Source: an uncultured Chloroflexia bacterium
GTDB taxonomy: Bacteria > Chloroflexota > Ktedonobacteria > Ktedonobacterales > JADMIN01
Length of the DNA: 64,000 bases
Direction: 5' to 3'
Assembly: GCA_963785845.1 (NCBI GenBank)
Contig: CAWAWP010000003.1
Span: 479,521 to 543,520, forward strand
This document shows positions 34,855 through 45,026 of the stretch, piece by piece. The position numbers and the translations under genes were made by a program. Within the stretch, counting starts at the first letter, position 1; each line of letters starts with the position of its first letter. Below the pieces are notes generated by a model. That model saw only the letters and a program-made list of their open reading frames with translations. It was not told where the DNA came from and did no database searches.

Positions 34855-35802
34855 ATGCAACATCTTTTGACCCTCGACGGCTTGACGCCGACCGAGCTTG
34901 ACGCGCTCTACGCGCAGGCGCTCGTGCTCAAGCGGACGCGCGGCGCTGGCAAGAGCGCTCCGCCAGTATTGGCTGGCAAGACGGTGGCGCTGCTTTTCGA
35001 GAAGCCCTCGCTCCGCACGCGGGTCTCCTTCGAGGTGGCTGTGCGCGAGCTGGGTGGCGAGAGTCTCTACCTCTCGCCGCAAGAGGTGGGGCTGGGCACA
35101 CGCGAGGCGCCGCGCGACGTGGCGCGGGTGTTGAGTGGCTATGTGCACGCGGTCGTGCTGCGCACCTTCAGCCATGCGCTGCTCGAAGAGTTCGCGCGGT
35201 GGTCCGCGGCGCCAGTGATCAACGGCTTGACGGACGGACACCATCCCTGCCAGGGCCTCACCGACGTCTTCACGATTGGCGAGCAGTTTGGGTCGGCACG
35301 AGGACGCACCCTGGCGTATGTCGGCGACGGCAACAATGTGGCGCACTCGCTGCTGCAGGCTGCGGTGAAGGCAGGGATGGATGTGCGGATCGCCACGCCC
35401 GCGGGCTACGAGCCACAGGCGGGCGTACTGGCGGCGGCAGTGCACGAAGCGCGGCAGACCGGCGGCTCGATCGCGGTGACGACCGATCCGCGGGAGGCGG
35501 CGCGCGGCGCGGATGTGGTCTACACCGATGTATGGACGAGCATGGGGCAAGAGGCCGAGGCGGAGCGACGCCGCGCGATCTTCGCGCCGTATCAGGTCAA
35601 CGCGGCGCTCCTGGCACATGCCGCGACGCACGCGGTGGTGCTGCATCCCTTGCCGGCGCATCGCGGTGAGGAGATCACCGACGAAGTGCTGGACGGGCCG
35701 CAATCGTTGGTCTTCATCCAGGCGGAGAACCGGCTGCACGTGCAGAAGGCGATCCTGCGCGAACTGCTCGCCACGGACGCGCTGATGATCCGTACGGCGT
35801 GA
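34855..35802 (+). CDS. argF: Ornithine carbamoyltransferase
   Basis: SLRTR, HPCQ, DVWTSMGQE, HPLP, QAENR. Confidence 0.96.
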   Translation: MQHLLTLDGLTPTELDALYAQALVLKRTRGAGKSAPPVLAGKTVALLFEKPSLRTRVSFEVAVRELGGESLYLSPQEVGLGTREAPRDVARVLSGYVHAVVLRTFSHALLEEFARWSAAPVINGLTDGHHPCQGLTDVFTIGEQFGSARGRTLAYVGDGNNVAHSLLQAAVKAGMDVRIATPAGYEPQAGVLAAAVHEARQTGGSIAVTTDPREAARGADVVYTDVWTSMGQEAEAERRRAIFAPYQVNAALLAHAATHAVVLHPLPAHRGEEITDEVLDGPQSLVFIQAENRLHVQKAILRELLATDALMIRTA

Positions 35803-35917
35803 GGTTGGCGTCAGAGTGTTACAGCGCGTCGAAGCGCGTAGTCTCGGCAGAGCGCGCTGCGTCTGAGGGATGTGTCGAACATGGATATCGAGAATGATAG
35901 GTGACGAGTCTGTCGAA

Positions 35918-37236
35918 ATGCAGGCCGTGCTGGTGCTGGAGGATGGGGCGACGTTCGCCGGTGTGGCGTTCGGCGCGGTCGAGGCGCTGCACGCCGGCTG
36001 CGGCGGCGAGGTGGTCTTCGCCACCGGCATGACCGGCTACCAGGAGATCTGCACCGACCCCTCCTACCGCGGCCAGTTGGTCGTGCTGACCTACCCGCTG
36101 GTCGGCAACTATGGCGTAGCCGCCGCCGACGCCGAGTCGCGCCGCCCCTGGCTCACCGCCCTGCTGGTCCGCGAGTGCTGCGACGACTACTCCCACTGGC
36201 GCGCCGACCAATCCCTCGACGACTACCTGCGCGCCGCCGGCATCCCAGGGATCAGCCAACTCGACACCCGCGCGCTGACCCGGCACCTGCGCGAGCACGG
36301 CACGCTGCGCGGCGTGCTGCGCCTGCTGCCGACCGCTCCGGCAGCGGCCGCTCCAGCAGAGGCCGCACTTGACAGTGCCAGCGACAGTGCCACGCTAGCG
36401 ACGCTGCCAGCGAGTGCGCCAGCGCCAGTGCCAGCGAGTGCGCCGCCTGGGTGGCCGAGGCGCGCGGCGTGCGCTGGGTCAGCGAGCTGGATGTCGTCGA
36501 CGAGGTCACCGGGGAGGTCACCGGTGAGCCCGCTGGTGAGGTTACCGGTGTGTCCCTCGCGCTGCCCGCCGCGCTGCCCCACATCCTGCCCGATACGCTG
36601 CCGGCGGATGCGCCGCGGGTGCTGCTGATCGATACCGGCTACAAGCACAGCATCGCCCGCTGCCTGCAGGACTGCGGCCTGCGCGTGCTCGTCGCCCCGC
36701 CCACGGTGACGCTGGCGACGCTGCAGCGCCTGCGCCCCGACGGCGTACTGCTGGCCAACGGCCCCGGCGACCCCCAGCGCCTGCCGCAGCTGATCGCCCT
36801 CACGCGGACGCTGGTCTGGGAGCAGCAGCTGCCGTTCCTGGGCATCTGCCTGGGGCATCAGGTGCTGGGGCTGGCGGCGGGGGCCAGAACGAGCCGCTTG
36901 CCCTTCGGCCACCACGGCGCCAACCATGCGGTGCGTGACCTGCGCAGTGGCCGCGTGACGCTGACCGCGCAGAACCACGGCTTCCAGGTCGAGGCGGCGA
37001 GCTTGCCGGCGGCCAGCGGGCTGATGGTGAGCCATGTCAACCTCGCCGATGGGTCGGTGGAGGGGCTGGCCCACCCACACCTGCCCGTCTGCTCGGTGCA
37101 GTTCCACCCCGAGGCCGCGCCCGGCCCCCACGATAACCGCCCCCTCTTCGCTGCCTTTGCAGAGCTCATCGCCACACACCGCGCCGCATCGACCGCAGTA
37201 GAGGAACAATCCGCTGGATTGGTGCTGGTAGGCTAA
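35918..37236 (+). CDS. carA: Carbamoyl-phosphate synthase small subunit (frameshift near 36445)
   Basis: [41 protein letters not shown], split over two frames. Confidence 0.92.
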
Positions 37237-37395
37237 CCGCAGTGTCGCCTCGTCGACACGCACAGCCGCCACGAGCCTCGTGCAAAGCGAACCATCATCC
37301 CACGCGCCGTCCGCATCCAAGGAGAACAAAAGCCCCCTGCTGTCGTTTGCCGCGCGGCATGGGGGCTTCTCGGAGGCGAATGGGGGTCTTCTGGG

Positions 37396-37467
37396 TGCCC
37401 CCAGGGCGACTCGAACGCCCGCCACCGGCTTCGGAGGCCGGTACTCTATCCACTGAGCTATGGGGGC
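37396..37467 (-). tRNA. tRNA-Arg (anticodon CCG), CCA not encoded
   Basis: Complete cloverleaf: GCCCCCA/TGGGGGC acceptor stem, CCGGC-CTCCGAA-GCCGG anticodon arm, TTCGA T-loop. Confidence 0.96.
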
Positions 37468-37660
37468 CAAGTGCGGGGATTACCCGCCGCTCTCGACCGG
37501 CGCAGTGTAGCACACGCCGACCCGCGCTTCAAGCCGTCACCCTCAGGCAACGCCGTGGTCGCCATGCCCATCGCCTCAGCCGTACCTCCGTGCCATAGTG
37601 CATAATAGGGAGGAGTAGCCCTTCATCCTGGTGCCTGCTGCGCCGCCGTTCGAGGACTCC

Positions 37661-38056
37661 ATGCCCCACGCCACGCTCGCCAAAGAATTTACCTTCGACG
37701 CCGCCCACTCGCTCCCCAACTCCGACGGCCCCTGCCGCCGGCTCCACGGCCACACCTACCGCGCCATCGTCTTCGCTCGCGGCGCGGTGCAGCCACTTGA
37801 TGGTCGCGCCGAAGAGGGCATGGTCCTCGACTTCGCTAGGCTGAAAGAAGTCTTCAAGCGGCGCATCGAAGCGCGTTGCGATCACCAGTTTCTCAACGAA
37901 TCCGTCCCCATCGCGCGCACCACCGCCGAGCTTCTCGCCGCGTGGATGTTGCGCGAATTGCGCGTCGAATTGCCGCAGGTCTTCGCCGTGCGCCTCCACG
38001 AGACGCCATCCTCCTACGCCGAGGTCACCGTCGACGACCTCGCCGGTGAGGAGTAG
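37661..38056 (+). CDS. queD: 6-carboxytetrahydropterin synthase
   Basis: FTFDAAH, CRRLHGHTY, DHQFLNE, ETPSS. Confidence 0.93.
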   Translation: MPHATLAKEFTFDAAHSLPNSDGPCRRLHGHTYRAIVFARGAVQPLDGRAEEGMVLDFARLKEVFKRRIEARCDHQFLNESVPIARTTAELLAAWMLRELRVELPQVFAVRLHETPSSYAEVTVDDLAGEE

Positions 38057-38061
38057 CGCTC

Positions 38062-38784
38062 ATGCCCTCCACGCCGCCGCCAGACAGGAAACACGACAAG
38101 ACATTTCCCGTCGTCGAAACCTTCGGTCCCGTCCTCCAGGGCGAAGGACGCATGATCGGCGTGCCCACGCTCTTCGTCCGCTTCGGCTACTGCGACTACA
38201 AGTGCTCCTGGTGTGATAGCCTCTACGCCGTCCTCCCCGAGCAGGTGCGCGCCAACGCCACCAACCTCACCGCGGCGGCGATCCGCGACCAACTCGACGC
38301 GCTGAACCCCACCGTGCCCTGGATCACGCTCTCCGGCGGCAACCCCGCCATGCACGATCTCACCGATCTTGTCGATCTGCTTCACGCCAGCGGACGCAAG
38401 ATCGCCGTCGAGACGCAGGGAACCGTCTTCCGCGCGTGGCTCCGCGCCTGCGAACTCGTCACCGTCTCGCCGAAGCCGCCAAGCTCCGGCATGGAAACCA
38501 ACTACGCCCAACTCGACCGCTTCGCCGCGCTGCCGCAGGCCATCCTCAAAGTGGTGGTCTTCGACGACGCCGATCTCGCCTATGCCACAGGCATCCACCG
38601 CCGCTATCCCACCGTCCCATTCTACCTACAGGTCGGCAACACCGTCGGCGCGGATGGCCGCGACGCGCTGCTCTCCAAGCTCGACTGGCTCAGCAACCGC
38701 GTCCTCAGCGACCCCAGCCTGCACGATGCCATCGTGCTCCCCCAACTGCACGTGCTGCTCTACGGCAACCGGCGCGGCGTCTGA
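38062..38784 (+). CDS. queE: 7-carboxy-7-deazaguanine synthase (radical SAM)
   Basis: QGEG, CDYKCSWCD, SGGNP, SPKPPSS, PQLH. Confidence 0.94.
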   Translation: MPSTPPPDRKHDKTFPVVETFGPVLQGEGRMIGVPTLFVRFGYCDYKCSWCDSLYAVLPEQVRANATNLTAAAIRDQLDALNPTVPWITLSGGNPAMHDLTDLVDLLHASGRKIAVETQGTVFRAWLRACELVTVSPKPPSSGMETNYAQLDRFAALPQAILKVVVFDDADLAYATGIHRRYPTVPFYLQVGNTVGADGRDALLSKLDWLSNRVLSDPSLHDAIVLPQLHVLLYGNRRGV

Positions 38785-38892
38785 TCGCGCATGCTTGCGT
38801 CCCCCCTTCGCTGAGCGGCCGACGACCGCTGCGTCGTACAATGCCTGCGGGAACACCCTGAGGAGATGCATGCGGCAAGGGGGACGCAATCC

Positions 38893-39273
38893 ATGAACGA
38901 CGCATTGACACCCGAAGAGTTGGCCGAGCTTCACGGCGCACTCGAAGCGAAACGCGCGGATCTTGAGGCGGATATTCTCCGACTGCGCCACGCCGAAGGC
39001 GCCGGCTCCGACTTCAATTCGCGAGCCGATTTTGTCGGCGACAGCGGCGACAACAGTGTCGACCTCCAAGAGCTCGATCAAGACCGTGCCGAGCAGGATT
39101 CATTGGCGTATCAGCTTGGCGAGGTGAAGCACGCCCTCACCAAGTTCGAGACCGGAACCTACGGCCTCTGTGAAGAGTGCGACGGCGTGATTCCTCTCGC
39201 GCGGCTCCGCGTCCTCCCCGAAGCGCGCTACGACGCCCAACACCAGGCCGAGATCGAGGCGCGCCGCGCCTGA
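38893..39273 (+). CDS. DksA/TraR family protein
   Basis: Coiled coil with DSGD tip; YGLCEEC..IPLARLRVLPEAR. Confidence 0.88.
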   Translation: MNDALTPEELAELHGALEAKRADLEADILRLRHAEGAGSDFNSRADFVGDSGDNSVDLQELDQDRAEQDSLAYQLGEVKHALTKFETGTYGLCEECDGVIPLARLRVLPEARYDAQHQAEIEARRA

Positions 39274-39617
39274 GAAGCGCCTCCAGCGTTCGCCAGCGCT
39301 CGGCGCGCCAACCCCTTCGCGCGACGCGGCGAAATCTCCCGTCTACGGTCTACACCAGGTGCGCCGCGACGCCGTCAACCCGTGAATGGGCACGCGCGAT
39401 CGCGTACACCCGTGCGTCCCCGCGTGCCCTCGCCGCCCACGGCGCAACCCGACACGCAGGTAGACCCTCCCCGCGAACACCAAGCGGATACTACCCATCG
39501 CCCGTCTCAACCGTATAACCCCCGAGTGCCGCGCCCCGCCTGACTGACTACAGGATACCGGTAGCCAGCGCGCGGCTCACGTTCTCGTTTTTTTCGCAGT
39601 GAAGGGGGTCATTCGCC

Positions 39618-40352
39618 ATGTTCGCACGTCTCCGCCCCAGCCGTCTCGCCGGTGCGCTCGTCGCCCTCGCGGGCGTGCTGTCGCTCGCCGCCTGCGCCCT
39701 GCCGGGTGTCAACGCGACGCCAGACGCCGCCGTAATCCTCAAGAACGTCCAGGCCGTGCAGATCAACGACGCCGCCTTCAGCTTTTCCTACAGCGGCAAG
39801 CTTTCCAACGACGCCGCAACCTTCCTTAATACCAACTTTAGCGTCTCCGCCACCGGCACGCTTACCGGCAGCGGTCTCGGCAAAATCACCGCCAATCCGC
39901 AGCGCGCCGACATCACTTTCAACGTGCCAATTTCAAATGTGCAGGTACCGATCGATCTGCTCTACGACGGCTCTACCAAAACGGTCTATGCGGGCAGCAC
40001 GCTGATCTCGACCCTCGCCGGCTCCTCGACCAAAACGTGGTTCCAGCTCTCGCTCAGCCAGCTCGGCGGCTTCGATGTTACGCCCTTCCTCAATTACACC
40101 CAGATTCTCAATGTCTCGGTCGTCGATACCAATTCGCTCAACGGCGTCTCGGTCTACCACCTCCAGGGCACCGAGTCCGCGACGAGCAGCGCGACCATCG
40201 ACCTCTACGTCCGGCAGGACAATTACAACCCCGTGCGGGCAGTCATCACTCTCAACACACTGATCGTCGGCACAGCCACCCTCGACTTCACCGGCATCAA
40301 TACTGGCTTCACCATCACGCCGCCCACCGCGGATCAGATCTTCAACAGCTAA
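39618..40352 (+). CDS. Lipoprotein (LppX/LprAFG-like fold possible)
   Basis: Lipobox LAAC; beta-rich sequence. Confidence 0.7.
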   Translation: MFARLRPSRLAGALVALAGVLSLAACALPGVNATPDAAVILKNVQAVQINDAAFSFSYSGKLSNDAATFLNTNFSVSATGTLTGSGLGKITANPQRADITFNVPISNVQVPIDLLYDGSTKTVYAGSTLISTLAGSSTKTWFQLSLSQLGGFDVTPFLNYTQILNVSVVDTNSLNGVSVYHLQGTESATSSATIDLYVRQDNYNPVRAVITLNTLIVGTATLDFTGINTGFTITPPTADQIFNS

Positions 40353-40800
40353 CGCCGACCTCCATCCCGATGCCATATAGCCGCAGGGAAGCTCCTCCGC
40401 GCCGCGCCGTGGAGGAGCGCAGCCCATAATGCTCCAACGCGGCGATACGCGCTCCGTGCTCCCCGATCAGCACCCCATCCGCTGCGCGCCACCACCAGCG
40501 CGGCCCGCCTCCCTCTGCCACTCCTCCCCCACTTCCTCGCGCAGTTAGCGGCACTCCACTCCTTGCCGCCAATCCACCCCGCCTACGGTGCGTGCCACCC
40601 TTACTGCGATCGCCGCAACCGCGTTCCCGCCCCATCGTCTGGCAGGCGGCTTACGTGTTCAGGGAATCTTCAGCGAAGCAGGGTACGCTCTTGGGTAGGG
40701 AACAGTGCGATATATCCGGCACGGCGATTGCGACTACATACCAGCCGTGGAAACCGGTTCGTTGTGGCGTACCGCGACGGACCCCGGAAGGGAGCGTAGC

Positions 40801-41574
40801 ATGCGGGTACACCCATCGAGCGGTTTGTCGCTTCCCGATCGCGCCGAGAAGCCGCGTGGGCGAGGCCTGACGATTCTGATCGATCCGGGTCTGCCGGCAC
40901 GGTACTTCCAAGACGTGGTAGAAAGCGCCGCGCCGCACATCGATCTGGTGAAGTTCGGCTGGGGCACATCCGTGATCACGCCACGGCTGGACGAGAAGAT
41001 CGCCTGCCTGCGGGCGCAGGGCATCGACTATTTCTTCGGCGGCACCCTCTTCGAGAAGTTCTATCGCCAGCGACAGTTTGGCGCGTTCGTCGACTACTGC
41101 CGAGGCCATGGCTGTCGCTATGTGGAGATCTCGAACGGCACGATCGATCTCTCCAATGCCGACAAAGCGCGCGTTATCGCCGACCTCACCGGCGAGTTCC
41201 GTGTGCTGAGCGAGGTGGGCTTCAAAGACAGCGAACAGTCGCAGATGCTGTCGCCGGCGATGTGGATCACCTACATCCGCCAGGATCTGGCGGCGGGCGC
41301 CACCAAGGTTCTGCTGGAGGCGCGCGAGAGCGGCACGAGCGGCATCTGCCGCCCCGATGGCACGCTGCGCTACGGGCTGATCGAGGAAATCGTAGAGTCC
41401 GGGGTAGACGTGGCGGATCTGGTCTTCGAGGCGCCGAACAAGACCCTGCAAACCACCTTCATCAAACGCCTCGGCCCAGACGTGAATCTCGCCAACGTAC
41501 CCTTCGCCGACGCCATCGCGCTAGAGACGCTGCGCCTGGGGCTGCGCTCTGATACGCTATTGCTCTTCGAGTAA
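40801..41574 (+). CDS. comA: Phosphosulfolactate synthase
   Basis: KPRGRGLT, KFGWGT, GGTLFE, EISNG, SEVG, EARESG, FEAP, LETLRLGLRSDT. Confidence 0.93.
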   Translation: MRVHPSSGLSLPDRAEKPRGRGLTILIDPGLPARYFQDVVESAAPHIDLVKFGWGTSVITPRLDEKIACLRAQGIDYFFGGTLFEKFYRQRQFGAFVDYCRGHGCRYVEISNGTIDLSNADKARVIADLTGEFRVLSEVGFKDSEQSQMLSPAMWITYIRQDLAAGATKVLLEARESGTSGICRPDGTLRYGLIEEIVESGVDVADLVFEAPNKTLQTTFIKRLGPDVNLANVPFADAIALETLRLGLRSDTLLLFE

Positions 41575-41597
41575 GCGACGGAGGGAGGTACGCACAC

Positions 41598-41996
41598 ATG
41601 CGCGACAGCAACAACGCCTTTCACCTGGCGATCCCTTGCGCCGATCTCGACGCCGCCTTCGAGTTCTATGTGACGAAGCTCGGCTGCAAGTTGGCGCGAC
41701 GGTACCATGACCGCATCACGCTCGACTTTTTCGGCGATCAGGTGGTCTGCCACCTCACCGAAAAGATCGACCACGATCCGCAGATGTATCCTCGTCACTT
41801 TGGCGTGACCTTCAAGGAGAAAGCGGAGTACGACGCGGTGTTGAATCTGGCGCGACGCCGCGAGTTGCCATTTTTCGCCGAGCCGGCACGCCGCTTCGAG
41901 GGTCTCGTGGAGGAGCACTACACCTTCATGCTGATCGACCCGTCGAACAATCTGCTGGAGTTCAAGCACTATCTCGATCCGCGCATGATGTACTAG
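41598..41996 (+). CDS. VOC/glyoxalase (extradiol dioxygenase-like) protein
   Basis: FHLAIP, DFFGDQVVCH, PRHFG, DPSNNLLEFK. Confidence 0.88.
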   Translation: MRDSNNAFHLAIPCADLDAAFEFYVTKLGCKLARRYHDRITLDFFGDQVVCHLTEKIDHDPQMYPRHFGVTFKEKAEYDAVLNLARRRELPFFAEPARRFEGLVEEHYTFMLIDPSNNLLEFKHYLDPRMMY

Positions 41997-42070
41997 ATGT
42001 ACTAACCGTACGCAATGCGCTAGCGGCGCCGGGTCACGGACGACCTGGGGCCGAAGGAGTAGACGACGCA

Positions 42071-43573
42071 ATGACGGTTTCGACACGCCGGGCCACGCTG
42101 CAAGCCGCACTCACTCACTGGGAGGCGCTACGCCCCGACGCGGAGTTCCTCGTCGAGTTGGAGACGGGGCAGACAGTGACCTACGCGGCGTTCGGGCGGG
42201 CCGTGCGGGCGCTGCGGCGCCAGTTGGGGCCAGAGCCACGCACGATCGCGCTGGCGCTGCCGGGCGGCATCGCCGCGGCGCTGGTGTGGGTCGCCGCGCT
42301 CACCGGGGGGCATCGCCTGCTCCCAATCGCCCCAGACTCGATGCCCGCTGAGCGGCGCCGTATGGGCGATCGGCAGCGTCCAGACGTGCTCGTCGTCGCC
42401 GATACCGCCGCCACCGTCGATTTCGCGCGGCCCAAGGCGCTGGTGATCACCCGTGCGCAGCTCGCCGCCCTCGCCACGTGTCACGACCAGCCCGATGAAG
42501 CGGCGCTGACGGAGCGCGAGGGTTCGCTGCGGCTGACCACCTCGGGGACGACGGGCGAGCCGAAAGGCATTGTGCTCGCGGCACATCAGATCGTCTGGAC
42601 GGCGGACCAGGTGCGCCAATCGCACCATCTGACGCCGGAGGATCGCGGCCTGAGCGTCCTGCCGTTCTTCCACATCAACGCGCCGGTCGTGAGCCTCTGC
42701 GCCACGCTGTTGGCAGGGGGAACAGTGGCGATTGCGCCGCGCTTTAGTCTGCACCGCTTCTGGAAGGACATTGAACGCGAGCGCATCACCTGGGCCAGCA
42801 TCGTGCCGACGATCGTGGCGCTGCTGCTCTCCGCCGAGGAGCCGGTGACGCCTGCGAGCACGCTACGCTTCCTGCGGACGGCGTCGGCGCCGCTGCCAGT
42901 AACGCATCACCAGGCTTTCGAGCGGCGCTTCGGCGTCGCGCTCGTCGAAACATATGGCCTCTCAGAGGCGGCAAGTCAAGTAGCGGCAAACCCCGTGCCG
43001 CCAGGGAAGCGTAAGTCTGGCTCGGTTGGTCTGCCCACGGGCGTGGATCTCCGCATCTGCGAGCCACTGGCCGAGAGCGATGCCCGCGAGCTGCGCGACA
43101 TGCCCGCTGGGGCGACCGGCGAGATCTGCGTCTGCGGGCCCAACGTGGTCAAAGGCTACGCCTCCGGCGAGGACTCCGCCTCGTTCGTCGAGGGCTGGTT
43201 TCGCACCGGCGATCTCGGCTACCGCGACGCCGACGGCTATCTCTTTATCACCGGGCGTCTGCGCGAGATCATCAACCGGGGTGGTGAGAAGGTCTCGCCG
43301 CGCGAAGTCGAGGAGATGCTGTTGAGCTACCCCGGCGTGCGCGACGCGGCGGTGATTGGCGAGCCAGACCCGCTCTACGGGCAGCGTGTCGTCGCCTACG
43401 TCGTGCCACGCGAGGGCTGGGGCGAAGCGCAGACGACCCGCCTGCGCGCCTACTGCGCGGCACGACTCAGCGGCTTCAAGGTACCCGAGACTTTCCACGT
43501 GCTCGCAGCTCTACCCCGCAACGGCAACGGCAAGTTGGCGCGGCGCCAGCTCGCCAGCGCCGACGTGGCGTAG
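42071..43573 (+). CDS. AMP-forming acyl-CoA synthetase
   Basis: TSGTTGEPKG, YGLSEA, WFRTGD, INRGGEK, PRNGNGK. Confidence 0.93.
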   Translation: MTVSTRRATLQAALTHWEALRPDAEFLVELETGQTVTYAAFGRAVRALRRQLGPEPRTIALALPGGIAAALVWVAALTGGHRLLPIAPDSMPAERRRMGDRQRPDVLVVADTAATVDFARPKALVITRAQLAALATCHDQPDEAALTEREGSLRLTTSGTTGEPKGIVLAAHQIVWTADQVRQSHHLTPEDRGLSVLPFFHINAPVVSLCATLLAGGTVAIAPRFSLHRFWKDIERERITWASIVPTIVALLLSAEEPVTPASTLRFLRTASAPLPVTHHQAFERRFGVALVETYGLSEAASQVAANPVPPGKRKSGSVGLPTGVDLRICEPLAESDARELRDMPAGATGEICVCGPNVVKGYASGEDSASFVEGWFRTGDLGYRDADGYLFITGRLREIINRGGEKVSPREVEEMLLSYPGVRDAAVIGEPDPLYGQRVVAYVVPREGWGEAQTTRLRAYCAARLSGFKVPETFHVLAALPRNGNGKLARRQLASADVA

Positions 43574-43587
43574 AGAGGCGCCGTCGT

Positions 43588-44952
43588 ATGGCCACAACAA
43601 CTGCGGTGGGCGCGGCGGCGCGGCCAGGGCGCCCAGTCGCGCGCAATCCACGCCCGCACCTCTACGAAATCGACCTGACGCGGTCGGTGACCGTGCTCTC
43701 GGTGATCGCGGTGCACGTCGCGGCGTACACGCTGGTGCTGGCGGTGACGCCGCTGGGGCAGCAGTTGCAGAACGCCGCTGTCGACCTGCTCCACTTCACC
43801 CGCGAGATCTTCCTGGCGATCACCGGCTTCGTGCTCACCTACAGCTACGCCAATCGCCCGTTTTCGGCGAAGGCGTTCTGGCGCAAGCGCGGCATCGGCG
43901 TGTTGCTGCCCTACGTCGTCTGGAGCCTCTTCTACGAGATCTTCACAAAACCGGCGCCAGCCCCATGGTCGGCGGCGCCGTGGTTAGCGCCACCGTTCGT
44001 CTGGGTGTTGCGCACATTCGGCGATCTGCTCACCGGCGAGGCCTCGTGGCAGCTCTACTACATCCTGCTGACGATCGAGTTTTACCTGGTACTGCCGTGG
44101 TTCCTACGCTTCATCAACTGGGCGGGCAAGCGTCCCTGGCTGCTGCTGGGCGCCGCCCTCGCGGTGCAGTTGGCGCTGCTGGCGCTAGACTACGCGATTC
44201 CACAGTCGAAGACCGGGCTGGCGACTGGCATCGGCCTGTTCATCGACACCCACCAGGATCGATTCTTGCCAGTCTATGAGTTGTACATCATCGCCGGGGC
44301 GCTGGCGGCGCTCTACCTCACGCAAGTGCGCGACTGGGTGCTGCGGCACGGTGCGTTGATCGTCGGTGGGCTGTTGGCCTCGGTGGCGCTGCTGCTGGCG
44401 AATTTCTTCTACCAGGTGAACGTAGCGCATGAGGCGACCACCTACGCCGCTTCGGTCTATCAACCGGCAATGGCCTTCTACGGGCTGGCGATCTCGGCGT
44501 TCGTCTTTTGGATCGGGGTACGCTGGGCGACGCGAAACGCGCCAAATCCACCGCGGGGGGCGCGCTTCTGGACGCTGATCTCGGATATCTCGTTCGGCAT
44601 CTACCTGATGCACGCCTTCTTCGTCGATCTCGCCGTGCAGTACGTGATTCCGCGCATTCCGCGCACGTGGCCGCTGCCGTTGGGCGCCGTGCTGGTCTAC
44701 CTGCTGGTAGCAACCGCGACGGTGTCGCTCTGTACGCTCTTCCTCTACACACCGGGGTTGAGCAGGTTGATCGGGCGCCCAAGCGCGCTCCCGCGAGACG
44801 CCGGCCTCGGACGCCGGATTGACCTACTCCTGGCGAGAGCGGCGGCGCGGATGCGTGCAATCATCCCCGCGACGAAAGGTCGGCGCGTGAGTAGCGCCAT
44901 CCTCGCGCAGACCGAAGCCGTCGCGGAGCGTGGCGAGCGTGGCCCGCGGTAG
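43588..44952 (+). CDS. Acyltransferase-3 family membrane protein
   Basis: YEIDLTR..VIAVH, FLAITGFVL, QLYYI, SFGIYLMH. Confidence 0.9.
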   Translation: MATTTAVGAAARPGRPVARNPRPHLYEIDLTRSVTVLSVIAVHVAAYTLVLAVTPLGQQLQNAAVDLLHFTREIFLAITGFVLTYSYANRPFSAKAFWRKRGIGVLLPYVVWSLFYEIFTKPAPAPWSAAPWLAPPFVWVLRTFGDLLTGEASWQLYYILLTIEFYLVLPWFLRFINWAGKRPWLLLGAALAVQLALLALDYAIPQSKTGLATGIGLFIDTHQDRFLPVYELYIIAGALAALYLTQVRDWVLRHGALIVGGLLASVALLLANFFYQVNVAHEATTYAASVYQPAMAFYGLAISAFVFWIGVRWATRNAPNPPRGARFWTLISDISFGIYLMHAFFVDLAVQYVIPRIPRTWPLPLGAVLVYLLVATATVSLCTLFLYTPGLSRLIGRPSALPRDAGLGRRIDLLLARAAARMRAIIPATKGRRVSSAILAQTEAVAERGERGPR

Positions 44953-45026
44953 TGCGCTGGCTTTCGGCGCGCTAGGGGTTGGCACGCCGAGCAACGGTCC
45001 CGACGCAGTCTTACACGAGCAGAACG

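Noticed and set aside
37396-37467. tRNA as an integration site
   Set aside because: No integrase and no duplicated tRNA 3' end were seen in the window.
37560-37660. PreQ1 riboswitch upstream of queD-queE
   Set aside because: No recognisable preQ1 stem-loop with an A-rich tail is present.
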